In this document: positions 8,676 to 17,016 of the stretch, piece after piece
Numbering within the stretch: position 1 is the first letter of the stretch
Layout: each line of letters begins with the position of its first letter
DNA from: a virus
Taxonomy: Duplodnaviria > Heunggongvirae > Uroviricota > Caudoviricetes
Reading direction: 5' to 3' (one strand)
DNA: 44,153 nucleotides
Virus record (IMG/VR): IMGVR_UViG_2541047916_000003
Notes under the pieces: generated by a model
Seen by the model: only the letters and a program-made list of their open reading frames with translations
Database searches by the model: none
What the model was told of the DNA's origin: nothing
Translations under genes and position numbers: made by a program

Positions 8676-9257
8676 ATGAACAACTCATGGTGGCAGGAAC
8701 TAATGCATTTTTTCCTGCAAGGAATGACACTTAAACAGTTGATTCATATGCTAATCATCCTGATCATATTGATTATTGTTATGCCGGTAAGCGTAAAAGA
8801 ATGGATAAACCTGCATAGTCCAGAAATCCTTCCTCATTACTGGATGTATTACATCCTGTTGTTTTGCGTTAGCTATGTGCTTAACGGCGTTGTTAATTCC
8901 GCTTATCACGCTGTGACTGAAAGAATTGAGGTATTCGCTGCTCAGAAGCGCAAATCTAAAGAAGAAAAATATGTGCAAGATTTGTTTGATTCGTTAACTC
9001 TTGGAGAAAGAGCGTATTTGGCATTCGCTGTAGCCGCTAATAACCAGCTACAAACGGAAAAGGGCGCTCATGAATCAATTTCATTGCTCAAAAAAGGACT
9101 CCTCGTTCGAAGGCCTCCTGCTGTTGGATATCCTGATACCGACCGTTTCGTTATCCCTGAAAGCTATAGACATGAGTGCTACATTAGGTTTGCCGGGAAG
9201 GCAGACAGCCTTATGGATGAACTTATCGCTCAGGATAAGCATGGCAAAAACAAGTAA
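8676..9257 (+). CDS. sieB: SieB superinfection exclusion protein
   Basis: 193-aa membrane protein; translation matches lambda SieB as recalled; sole plus-strand gene in the pL operon region. Confidence 0.85.
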   Translation: MNNSWWQELMHFFLQGMTLKQLIHMLIILIILIIVMPVSVKEWINLHSPEILPHYWMYYILLFCVSYVLNGVVNSAYHAVTERIEVFAAQKRKSKEEKYVQDLFDSLTLGERAYLAFAVAANNQLQTEKGAHESISLLKKGLLVRRPPAVGYPDTDRFVIPESYRHECYIRFAGKADSLMDELIAQDKHGKNK

Positions 9258-9273
9258 TTAGCAAATGAATTTA

Positions 9274-9546
9274 TCATCTCGCCGTCAGTTGTTTTGATTT
9301 CCGGTAGCCTGCCGCGTAAAGAGCTACGTTCGGAAGACAAGTTGAACCTTCATATTTTCTGGTCAACGTTGTCAGAGTTATCACTTCTGCTCTCATTGCT
9401 GGTTTGAGCTTGCATTGCAAGACCACTCGTGAAGGGGTTGGCCTGTGTAGCTTGTCGGAGCTGATCGCCTCCTGACTTTGCAGATTTGCGCGACGAGCTC
9501 TACGGCGAGAAGCTGCGGTGCCTTTAAATTCTGTTTTTCTGGACAT
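9274..9546 (-). CDS. N: N-type transcription antiterminator (non-lambda; P22 gene-24-like C-terminus)
   Basis: 90-aa product from ATG at 9546 with GGGAGG ribosome-binding site; arginine-rich motif SRRRARRA near the N-terminus; C-terminal VALYAAGYRKSKQLTAR resembles P22 gp24 as recalled. Confidence 0.7.
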   Translation of the reverse strand: MSRKTEFKGTAASRRRARRANLQSQEAISSDKLHRPTPSRVVLQCKLKPAMRAEVITLTTLTRKYEGSTCLPNVALYAAGYRKSKQLTAR

Positions 9547-9662
9547 GGATTCCTCCCGAATAAACTTTGGCGATGCAATCTCGAAGCTCCTCCTGAGACG
9601 GTTGCTTCGGCATTGCATCCCACAGCTTATGTGGTTGGGTGATCTGGCTTTTCAGCCACGTA

Positions 9663-9690
9663 GTCGAGAGTCGACGTTGTTTAAAGAGCC
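9663..9690 (-). promoter_or_regulatory. nutL candidate (boxA-like GGCTCTTTAAACAACG plus short hairpin)
   Basis: Minus-strand GCTCTTT..AACAACG followed by hairpin GTCGA-CTC-TCGAC; the same boxA-spacer motif occurs after cro. Confidence 0.45.
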
Positions 9691-9730
9691 TGCCAGTCTG
9701 TTCCATTTGGCTTCCAGCGTCCTGCTGACG

Positions 9731-9770
9731 GTTAAATAGTACGATATGTACTTTACAAGATCAATACAAT
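9731..9770 (-). promoter_or_regulatory. pL promoter with OL operator candidate
   Basis: Minus-strand TTGATC-(18)-TATTTA with the operator-like 15-mer AAAGTACATATCGTACT immediately upstream of the -10; same motif found at pR. Confidence 0.4.
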
Positions 9771-9982
9771 TTGTTGTAAGTTGGCGTGGTTTTTTATAAC
9801 GCTTTGTATTTAATAGTGTTGTTTTTTAGCGTGGATGTATTGCCTCGGCGATGTAAGGAGAGATCAGAATTGCGTGGTTTAGTGGGTTGCATCTATTTAT
9901 TTTTCAATAAATATAATTGGTTATGTGTTTTTAGGTGGGCGAACGTGAGGCAAAGAAAACCCGGCGCTGAGGCCGGGTTGTA

Positions 9983-10735
9983 TTATGCTGCAAGTCTCTT
10001 AACCCAAGTCTCTCTTTTGGAGAATGGTAGAACTTGGCTTGATTCATGGAAGAGTAAGGAGAGTTGTTGCATTTGATCACCAATTGCTTCGCTGTCTATA
10101 ACAACAAATCTGTTGTTATACTCCTCACTTGAAGCTTTAAGATCAATTAGTTTCCCAAGCAATGAGTAAGCACTATTCCAGCTTCCTCCGTGTTTCACGC
10201 TTGATGTAAAAACGTATTTAGGTATGTCGGTTTTTATTGTTACAGGGACGGTAATTTGATGTCCACTCAAGCCATATACGTTTTCACGAAGAGAAAGTGC
10301 GTCTCTAAGCTCTGTGTGATATAGATAATCAATAACCATACTTTCAAACTTTTCAGCTTGAACTGGCTGATACCAGTCTAACGACAAAGTTGATGCGAGT
10401 ATACCAGCTCTAATTATGTTCGATGTAATCGCACCGACATCCTTTTCTGTTGCCCAAGCAATGATTTCTCCTCGAGCATTGAGTTCTGCGCCTTCTTTAA
10501 GCAGTAATTGTCGTATCTCATCAAGTCGTTTTTTGGTAAGCGAGATCCCTCTTGCCTCCATATTCATTAAGGCATCGCATCTGTCACTAACTAAATACCT
10601 ACCATTGACTTCACGGATAAAGGCACCGACATGCTCTCCATCATCACAGTAAGTGAATGGACTGATAATTCTCAAGGTCTTGCCTATTGGATGGCATTCG
10701 AAACCTAGTTGTGAGATCACTGTTGAGCACATCAT
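9983..10735 (-). CDS. uncharacterized protein (250 aa), distal gene of a two-gene cassette in the rexAB position
   Basis: ORF on the cI strand; start ATGATG overlaps the stop of the upstream 185-aa gene; AT-rich; no family recognised. Confidence 0.7.
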   Translation of the reverse strand: MMCSTVISQLGFECHPIGKTLRIISPFTYCDDGEHVGAFIREVNGRYLVSDRCDALMNMEARGISLTKKRLDEIRQLLLKEGAELNARGEIIAWATEKDVGAITSNIIRAGILASTLSLDWYQPVQAEKFESMVIDYLYHTELRDALSLRENVYGLSGHQITVPVTIKTDIPKYVFTSSVKHGGSWNSAYSLLGKLIDLKASSEEYNNRFVVIDSEAIGDQMQQLSLLFHESSQVLPFSKRETWVKRLAA

Positions 10736-11289
10736 ATTCCAAACCCCATTTGCCCCGACTCATCTTCAAGCGGTAAAGGTATTCTCCCAGAGTAAGTTAT
10801 GTTCAGATGTTTACAGAAGTAATTCCAATACCCTACCAGGTCATCTGGGTTTATGTCATCTTCGATTGGAAACGCTATTCTATCACTATAGTATCCAGCT
10901 TCTTCATAGTATACATGGTAGTGAGCACCGTAAATGATATCTTGGTACTTCGGATGATCGACCTTGTAACTATTCGTGTGTTTGTCAAAGTGATAGGTAT
11001 CTACCGCGAAAACCCTCTTGTTATGATAGAAAGCAATAATATTTATTTTAGGGTAAGAAATCGGGTCATCAGGTTCTGAATCCTGATCTGGTTTCCATTT
11101 CAGTTCAAACTTTAGCCCTTGTATAGGTATACAATCCTCATCCAAGGGGATGATATGGGCTTGTAGCCACATATCAGAGCGACTTGGTTTCTGTTTCCAT
11201 TTAACGCCAGAAAAGTTAACTATTTTTTTACAATAAAGTACTTTATCAACTTCTACTTGGCTTGGCTGATAATCATCTATTTTTGCCAA
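10732..11289 (-). CDS. uncharacterized acidic, aromatic-rich protein (185 aa), proximal gene of the rex-position cassette
   Basis: ORF begins about 40 nt downstream of the cI stop on the same strand; Tyr/Trp/His- and Asp/Glu-rich; no TM segment; no family recognised. Confidence 0.7.
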   Translation of the reverse strand: MAKIDDYQPSQVEVDKVLYCKKIVNFSGVKWKQKPSRSDMWLQAHIIPLDEDCIPIQGLKFELKWKPDQDSEPDDPISYPKINIIAFYHNKRVFAVDTYHFDKHTNSYKVDHPKYQDIIYGAHYHVYYEEAGYYSDRIAFPIEDDINPDDLVGYWNYFCKHLNITYSGRIPLPLEDESGQMGFGI

Positions 11290-11328
11290 TGTTTACCGCC
11301 CTGTAAATTGTAGATAAAAGTGGTTTCA

Positions 11329-11988
11329 TCACCCAAACGTCTCTTCAGGCCATTGGCTGGCGATAACTTTCCCCACAACGGAACAACTCTCATTGCATGG
11401 GATCATTGGGTATTGTGGGTTTAGTGGCTGTAGAAACACCTGACCGCTATCCCTGATCAGTTTCTTGAAGGTAAATTCATCACCACCAAGTCTGGCTATG
11501 CAGAAATCGCCGGGCTCAACAGCTTGCTCAGGGTCAACCAGAATTAACATCCCGTCAGGAAAGCTGGGTTTGGAACCTGTTGGTGCGGTCATTGAGTTAC
11601 CTTCAACCTCAAGCCAGAATGCAGAGTCACTGGCTTTTTTGGTTGTGCTTACCAATCTCTCCGCATCGCCTTTGGTAAAGGTTCTGAGTTCTGGAGAGAA
11701 CATCCCAGCCTGAACATGAGAAAAAACAGGGTACTCATATTGTTTTTTAACTGGGGCCGATGAGTATTCGCCAACAGGTGAAAATGTCCCGTCGTGGTTG
11801 AATGATATGTTATCAATACCAAGGTATTTAAACACCACACCAATATCACTAAGAGATGGATGACGAGATCCGCGCAACCAGTGTCCAATCCCACCCTGCG
11901 TCATACCTAGCTCTTCGGCTAACTTCTCTTGAGTTATGCCGAGCTCTTTCATTCTGGATCTAGCCAGTTCATACCATTTCATTTTCAT
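11329..11988 (-). CDS. cI: CI prophage repressor (heterologous HTH N-domain, lambda-type S24 autocleavage C-domain)
   Basis: C-terminal ~130 aa match the lambda cI C-domain as recalled (..[29 protein letters not shown]..); N-terminal HTH differs from lambda; ATG at 11988 preceded by AAGGA. Confidence 0.85.
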   Translation of the reverse strand: MKMKWYELARSRMKELGITQEKLAEELGMTQGGIGHWLRGSRHPSLSDIGVVFKYLGIDNISFNHDGTFSPVGEYSSAPVKKQYEYPVFSHVQAGMFSPELRTFTKGDAERLVSTTKKASDSAFWLEVEGNSMTAPTGSKPSFPDGMLILVDPEQAVEPGDFCIARLGGDEFTFKKLIRDSGQVFLQPLNPQYPMIPCNESCSVVGKVIASQWPEETFG

Positions 11989-11995
11989 GTCCTTA

Positions 11996-12069
11996 TTATT
12001 ACGCTCTGTACTGGAACCATCCATGCACAATGTGTATTTTTACTTGTATTCGCAAAGTACATATTGTAT
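11996..12069. promoter_or_regulatory. OR operator region with divergent pRM and pR
   Basis: pR candidate TTGTAT-(17)-TATTTT with operator-like AAAGTACATATTGTATT in the spacer; a second related copy AGTACAGAGCGTAAT lies next to the cI start. Confidence 0.45.
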
Positions 12070-12099
12070 TTTTTTATTCGTGTTTACTATGGAGGGCAT

Positions 12100-12315
12100 A
12101 TGAGCAACCTACGAAAATATCGAGAGTCACTGAATATCTCTCAAACAACACTTGCTAAGGCAGTTGGATGCACACAGGGAGCTATCGGACATTGGGAATC
12201 TGGTCGTCGCTTCCCAGACCTTAAAACATGCCGTGCTCTTGTTGCGTGCCTAAACAAGTTAGGCGCAAAAGTCAGTCTTGATGACGTGTTCCCGCCGGAA
12301 CACAAAGCCGCTTAA
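12100..12315 (+). CDS. cro: Cro-type repressor (XRE-family HTH)
   Basis: 71-aa product from ATG at 12100 with GGAGGG ribosome-binding site; recognition helix TQGAIGHW parallels TQGGIGHW in cI. Confidence 0.8.
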   Translation: MSNLRKYRESLNISQTTLAKAVGCTQGAIGHWESGRRFPDLKTCRALVACLNKLGAKVSLDDVFPPEHKAA

Positions 12316-12325
12316 TAAGCGGATC

Positions 12326-12353
12326 CGCTCTTTGTAACAACGGACATTCGTCC
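12326..12353 (+). promoter_or_regulatory. nutR candidate (boxA-like CGCTCTTTGTAACAACG plus short hairpin)
   Basis: Directly after the cro stop; hairpin GGAC-ATTC-GTCC follows the conserved AACAACG; a second GAAA-loop hairpin lies at about 12358-12371. Confidence 0.45.
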
Positions 12354-12456
12354 TACGTCGCTGAAAAGCGAGTTCCAAGATATCTGACCAACTAAGGCCA
12401 TATGCGTTTCCACGCATACCTTTCAACTAACTATTCACTATTGGAAATCTTAAGAA

Positions 12457-12753
12457 ATGGAAAGAACAAGTTACAGCAAACTATCACAGCGTGACGTTGA
12501 TCGCGCAGAAACAGATTTACTTATCAATCTGTCAGCTATTACCCAGCGCGGTCTGGCAAAGATGATTGGCTGTCATGAATCGAAGATAAGCAGAACGGAC
12601 TGGAGATTTATTGCTTCGGTCTTGTGTGCTTTCGGAATGGCATCAGACATCAGTCCGATTAGCAGGGCTTTTAAGTATGCGCTTGATGGACTCACCAATA
12701 AAAAACGCCCGGCGGCAACCGAGCGTTCTGAACAAATCCAGATGGAATTCTGA
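12457..12753 (+). CDS. cII: CII transcriptional activator (heterologous N-terminus, lambda-type C-terminus)
   Basis: 98-aa ORF ending ..TNKKRPAATERSEQIQMEF as lambda CII; N-terminal DNA-binding part differs from lambda. Confidence 0.85.
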   Translation: MERTSYSKLSQRDVDRAETDLLINLSAITQRGLAKMIGCHESKISRTDWRFIASVLCAFGMASDISPISRAFKYALDGLTNKKRPAATERSEQIQMEF

Positions 12754-12772
12754 GGTCATTACTGGATCAATC
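12697..12772 (-). ncRNA. oop: oop antisense RNA
   Basis: Minus-strand sequence across the cII 3' end closely matches lambda oop as recalled and ends in the hairpin GCCGCCGGGCG plus TTTTTTATT. Confidence 0.6.
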
Positions 12773-12785
12773 CACAGGAGTCATT

Positions 12786-13685
12786 ATGACAAATACAGCA
12801 AAAATACTCAACTTCTGCAGAGGTAACTTTGCCAAACAGGAGCGTAATGTGGCAGATCTCGATGATGGTTACGCCAGACTATCAAATATGCTGCTTGAGG
12901 CTTATTCAGGCGCAGATCTGACCAAGCGACAGTTTAAAGTGCTGCTTGCCATTCTGCGTAAAACCTATGGATGGAATAAACCAATGGACAGAATCACCGA
13001 TTCTCAACTTAGCGAGATTACAAAGTTACCCGTCAAACGGTGCAATGAAGCCAAGTTAGAACTCGTCAGAATGAATATTATCAAGCAGCAAGGCGGCATG
13101 TTTGGACCAAATAAAAACATCTCAGAATGGTGTATCCCTCAAAACGAGGGAAAATCCCCTAAAACGAGGGATAAAACATCCCTCAAATTGGGGGATTGCT
13201 ATCCCTCAAAACAGGGGGACACAAAAGACACTATTACAAAAGAAAAAAGAAAAGATTATTCGTCAGAGAATTCTGGCGAATCCTCTGACCAGCCAGAAAA
13301 CGACCTTTCTGTGGTGAAACCGGATGCTGCAATTCAGAGCGGCAGCAAGTGGGGGACAGCAGAAGACCTGACCGCCGCAGAATGGATGTTTGACATGGTG
13401 AAGACCATCGCGCCATCAGCCAGAAAACCGAATTTTGCAGGGTGGGCTAACGATATCCGCCTGATGCGTGAACGTGACGGACGTAACCATCGCGACATGT
13501 GTGTACTGTTCCGCTGGGCATGCCAGGACAACTTCTGGTCCGGTAACGTGCTGAGCCCGGCCAAACTCCGCGACAAGTGGACCCAGCTCGAAATCAACCG
13601 TAACAAGCAACAGGCAGGTGTGACAGCCTGCAAACCAAAACTCGACCTGACAAACACTGACTGGATTTACGGGGTGGATTTATGA
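12786..13685 (+). CDS. O: replication initiator O
   Basis: 299-aa translation matches lambda O as recalled; ori iterons lie within the gene. Confidence 0.95.
   Translation: MTNTAKILNFCRGNFAKQERNVADLDDGYARLSNMLLEAYSGADLTKRQFKVLLAILRKTYGWNKPMDRITDSQLSEITKLPVKRCNEAKLELVRMNIIKQQGGMFGPNKNISEWCIPQNEGKSPKTRDKTSLKLGDCYPSKQGDTKDTITKEKRKDYSSENSGESSDQPENDLSVVKPDAAIQSGSKWGTAEDLTAAEWMFDMVKTIAPSARKPNFAGWANDIRLMRERDGRNHRDMCVLFRWACQDNFWSGNVLSPAKLRDKWTQLEINRNKQQAGVTACKPKLDLTNTDWIYGVDL
13134..13219 (+). repeat. ori-lambda-type iterons (four ~18-19 bp repeats) followed by an AT-rich segment
   Basis: ATCCCTCAAAACGAGGGA-like unit repeated four times, then an A-rich tract to about 13260. Confidence 0.8.
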
Positions 13686-14383
13686 AAAACATCGCCGCAC
13701 AGATGGTTAATTTTGACCGTGAGCAGATGCGTCGGATCGCCAACAACATGCCGGAACAGTACGACGAAAAGCCGCAGGTACAGCAGGTAGCGCAGATCAT
13801 CAACGGTGTGTTCAGCCAGTTACTGGCAACTTTCCCGGCGAGTCTGGCTAACCGTGACCAGAACGAACTGAACGAAATCCGCCGCCAGTGGGTTCTGGCT
13901 TTCCGGGAAAACGGGATCACCACAATGGAACAGGTTAACGCAGGAATGCGCGTAGCCCGTCGGCAGAATCGACCATTTCTGCCATCACCCGGGCAGTTTG
14001 TTGCATGGTGCCGGGAAGAAGCATCCGTTATCGCCGGACTGCCAAACGTCAGCGAGCTGGTTGATATGGTTTACGAGTATTGCCGGAAGCGAGGCCTGTA
14101 TCCGGATGCAGAGTCTTATCCGTGGAAATCGAACGCGCACTACTGGCTGGTTACCAACCTGTACCAGAACATGCGGGCCAATGCGCTGACTGACGCGGAA
14201 TTACGACGCAAGGCTGCCGATGAACTGACCTGTATGACAGCGCGAATTAACCGTGGTGAGACGATACCTGAACCAGTAAAACAACTTCCTGTCATGGGCG
14301 GCAGACCTCTAAATCGTGTTCAGGCGCTGGCGAAGATCGCAGAAATTAAAGCTAAGTTAGGACTGAAAGGAGCAAGTGTATGA
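13682..14383 (+). CDS. P: replication protein P (DnaB helicase loader)
   Basis: 233-aa translation matches lambda P as recalled; start overlaps O stop. Confidence 0.95.
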   Translation: MKNIAAQMVNFDREQMRRIANNMPEQYDEKPQVQQVAQIINGVFSQLLATFPASLANRDQNELNEIRRQWVLAFRENGITTMEQVNAGMRVARRQNRPFLPSPGQFVAWCREEASVIAGLPNVSELVDMVYEYCRKRGLYPDAESYPWKSNAHYWLVTNLYQNMRANALTDAELRRKAADELTCMTARINRGETIPEPVKQLPVMGGRPLNRVQALAKIAEIKAKLGLKGASV

Positions 14384-14670
14384 CGGGCAAAGAGGCAATT
14401 ATTCATTACCTGGGGACGCATAATAGCTTCTGTGCGCCGGACGTTGCCGCGCTAACAGGCGCAACAGTAACCAGCATAAATCAGGCCGCGGCTAAAATGG
14501 CACGGGCAGGTCTTCTGGTTATCGAAGGTAAGGTCTGGCGAACGGTGTATTACCGGTTTGCTACCAAGGAAGAACGGGAAGGAAAGATGAGCACGAACCT
14601 GATTTTTAAGGAGTGTCGCCAGAGTGCCACGATGAAACGGATATTGGCGGTATATGGAGTTAAAAGATGA
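14380..14670 (+). CDS. ren: Ren
   Basis: 96-aa translation matches lambda Ren as recalled; start overlaps P stop. Confidence 0.85.
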   Translation: MTGKEAIIHYLGTHNSFCAPDVAALTGATVTSINQAAAKMARAGLLVIEGKVWRTVYYRFATKEEREGKMSTNLIFKECRQSATMKRILAVYGVKR

Positions 14671-14695
14671 CCATCTACATCACTGAGCTAATAAC

Positions 14696-14726
14696 AGGCC
14701 TGCAGGTAATCGCAGGCCTTTTTATT
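14696..14726 (+). terminator. rho-independent terminator (tR2 position)
   Basis: GGCCTGC-aggtaatc-GCAGGCC stem followed by TTTTTATTT between ren and ninB. Confidence 0.6.
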
Positions 14727-14743
14727 TGGGGGAGAGGGAAGTC

Positions 14744-15184
14744 ATGAAAAAACTAACCTTTGAAATTCGATCTCCGGCACATCAGCAAAACGCTATTCAC
14801 GCAGTACAGCAAATCCTTCCAGACCCAACCAAACCAATCGTAGTAACCATTCAGGAACGCAACCGCAGCTTAGACCAAAACAGGAAGCTATGGGCCTGCT
14901 TAGGTGACGTCTCTCGTCAGGTTGAATGGCATGGTCGCTGGCTGGATGCAGAAAGCTGGAAGTGTGTGTTTACCGCAGCATTAAAGCAGCAGGATGTTGT
15001 TCCTAACCTTGCCGGGAATGGCTTTGTGGTAATAGGCCAGTCAACCAGCAGGATGCGTGTAAGCGAATTTGCGGAGCTATTAGAGCTTATACAGGCATTC
15101 GGTACAGAGCGTGGCGTTAAGTGGTCAGACGAAGCGCGACTGGCTCTCGAATGGAAAGCGCGATGGGGAGATCGGGCTGCATGA
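14744..15184 (+). CDS. ninB: NinB (Orf recombination mediator)
   Basis: 146-aa product from ATG at 14744 (MKKLTFEIRSPAHQQNAIHAV...) with GGAGAGGGAAG upstream; matches lambda NinB as recalled. Confidence 0.85.
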   Translation: MKKLTFEIRSPAHQQNAIHAVQQILPDPTKPIVVTIQERNRSLDQNRKLWACLGDVSRQVEWHGRWLDAESWKCVFTAALKQQDVVPNLAGNGFVVIGQSTSRMRVSEFAELLELIQAFGTERGVKWSDEARLALEWKARWGDRAA

Positions 15185-15708
15185 CTATCAAATCAAATAC
15201 GCCAGCACACGACAAGGACTGCTGGCAAACGCCGCTTTGGCTTTTTGATGCACTGGATATTGAGTTTGGATTCTGGCTGGATTCGGCAGCGAGCGACAAA
15301 AATGCTCTGTGCGCTCACTGGCTAACTGAGGACGACGACGCGCTCAATTCTGAGTGGGTAAGCCACGGTGCAATCTGGAATAACCCACCGTACAGCAATA
15401 TCAGGCCGTGGGTGGAAAAAGCCGCTGAGCAGTGTATACAACAGCGACAGACGGTAGTGATGCTTGTGCCAGAGGATATGTCTGTCGGATGGTTCAGCAA
15501 GGCTCTGGAGAGTGTTGACGAAGTTCGTATTATCACTGATGGACGGATTAATTTTATCGAACCATCGACAGGGCTGGAGAAGAAGGGAAACAGCAAAGGC
15601 TCCATGCTGCTGATTTGGCGACCGTTCATCAGTCCTCGACGGATGTTTACTACCGTATCCAAAGCGGCATTGATGGCGATCGGGCAGGGCGTCAGGAGGG
15701 CTGCATGA
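15181..15708 (+). CDS. phage DNA N6-adenine methyltransferase (Dam family)
   Basis: 175-aa product with NPPY catalytic motif (IWNNPPYSN); ATGA overlap with ninB stop; occupies the lambda ninC position. Confidence 0.75.
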   Translation: MTIKSNTPAHDKDCWQTPLWLFDALDIEFGFWLDSAASDKNALCAHWLTEDDDALNSEWVSHGAIWNNPPYSNIRPWVEKAAEQCIQQRQTVVMLVPEDMSVGWFSKALESVDEVRIITDGRINFIEPSTGLEKKGNSKGSMLLIWRPFISPRRMFTTVSKAALMAIGQGVRRAA

Positions 15709-15881
15709 GACGACAGCGACGAAGCATCACCGACATAATCTGCGAAAACTGCAAATACCTTCCAACGAAACGCTCCAGAAATAAACGCAAGCTAATCCCA
15801 AAAGAATCTGACGTAAAAACCTTCAATTACACAGCCCACCTGTGGGATATCCGGTGGCTAAGATATCGTGCGAGGAAATGA
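15705..15881 (+). CDS. ninE: NinE
   Basis: 58-aa product [27 protein letters not shown].. resembles lambda NinE as recalled; ATGA overlap with the methyltransferase stop. Confidence 0.7.
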   Translation: MRRQRRSITDIICENCKYLPTKRSRNKRKLIPKESDVKTFNYTAHLWDIRWLRYRARK

Positions 15882-15883
15882 CA

Positions 15884-16225
15884 ATGGATTATTCACAGTT
15901 AAGTGATTTTGAAATTAACAGAATGGTAGGAGACATAATTTTTAAAGGCCTTTGGGCAAGTAAACCGGAAACATCAGGGAATAACACCAACAAATGGTAT
16001 TACGGAAATGCTGATACAACTTTTGAGCCATTAAATCATTTGCCTGACTACTGCAATGATCCGAGCGCTTCATGGCCGATTATTGAGAAATACAGGATTT
16101 CTATCTTAGACCAGTTAACTGAATGGTGTGTGGATGCAAAAGGCGTAAGCCCAATATTTGATACCAGACCTCTCCGCGCCGCCATGATTGTCTTTCTCCT
16201 GATGCAGGAGGCCAATAATGCTTAG
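15884..16225 (+). CDS. hypothetical nin-region protein (113 aa)
   Basis: ORF following ninE; GAGGAA ribosome-binding site about 6 nt upstream of the second ATG. Confidence 0.5.
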   Translation: MDYSQLSDFEINRMVGDIIFKGLWASKPETSGNNTNKWYYGNADTTFEPLNHLPDYCNDPSASWPIIEKYRISILDQLTEWCVDAKGVSPIFDTRPLRAAMIVFLLMQEANNA

Positions 16226-16412
16226 CCCATCTCAATCCCTTCAATACCTGAAAGAAAGCATAGAGCGGGCTTCAATGTGCACAGAGTGGATTCTATCTAG
16301 GTTTAGCGCATACAGAAGATTGCCGGTAAAGGGCATGCCAAGCAAGTCGATGCTGCATATGCAAAAGAATGCGCGCTGGAAGGTATGGCGAGAACACAGG
16401 TTATGTGGCTGA
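16218..16412 (+). CDS. NinF-like small protein
   Basis: 64-aa ORF; N-terminus [10 protein letters not shown] resembles lambda NinF as recalled, the remainder diverges. Confidence 0.4.
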   Translation: MLSPSQSLQYLKESIERASMCTEWILSRFSAYRRLPVKGMPSKSMLHMQKNARWKVWREHRLCG

Positions 16413-16431
16413 AAGAGGGGGTTATTAAGGC

Positions 16432-16794
16432 GTGAATACCTACAGCATCACATTACCCTGGCCTCCGAGCAATAATCGCTATTACCGCCATAATCGCGGG
16501 CGCACGCACGTCAGCGCAGAGGGGCAGGCATACCGCGATAACGTCGCCCGAATCATTAAAAACGCAATGCTGGATATCGGCCTGGCTATGCCTGTGAAAA
16601 TCCGCATTGAGTGCCACATGCCGGATCGCCGTCGCCGTGACCTGGATAATCTGCAAAAAGCCGCTTTTGACGCACTCACTAAAGCAGGTTTCTGGCTGGA
16701 TGATGCTCAGGTCGTTGATTACCGCGTTGTGAAGATGCCTGTTACCAAAGGTGGGAGGCTGGAACTGACCATCACCGAAATGGGGAATGAATGA
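16432..16794 (+). CDS. rusA: RusA Holliday-junction resolvase
   Basis: 120-aa translation matches E. coli DLP12 RusA as recalled ([23 protein letters not shown]...). Confidence 0.9.
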   Translation: MNTYSITLPWPPSNNRYYRHNRGRTHVSAEGQAYRDNVARIIKNAMLDIGLAMPVKIRIECHMPDRRRRDLDNLQKAAFDALTKAGFWLDDAQVVDYRVVKMPVTKGGRLELTITEMGNE

Positions 16795-16931
16795 TGTTTG
16801 AGTTTAATATGGCAGAACTTCTTCGCCACCGCTGGGGGCGTCTGCGCTTATATCGTTTCCTCGGTTCTGTTTTGACCGATTACCGAATACTGAAGAATTA
16901 CGCCAAAACCCTGACAGGAACAGGAGTATGA
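16791..16931 (+). CDS. ylcG: YlcG-like small protein (46 aa)
   Basis: Hand-found [49 protein letters not shown]; ATGA overlap with rusA stop; below the track threshold. Confidence 0.6.
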   Translation: MMFEFNMAELLRHRWGRLRLYRFLGSVLTDYRILKNYAKTLTGTGV

Positions 16932-17016
16932 AGTCAGAGATAACAATCAACTAATACTGTTTTGTTGATTTTTGCTTGTAATTGGCGTTCTGGTCTGATT
17001 TTTGTGGAGTAAGTTG

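Noticed and set aside
9983-11289. rexA/rexB genes expected downstream of cI
   Set aside because: The two ORFs present do not match RexA/RexB in size or sequence as far as I can recall, so they are reported as an uncharacterized cassette rather than annotated as rex.
13134-13260. Possible CRISPR-like short repeats
   Set aside because: The four ~18-bp repeats are the ori iterons inside the O gene, with no unique spacers or leader; no CRISPR array is present anywhere in the window.
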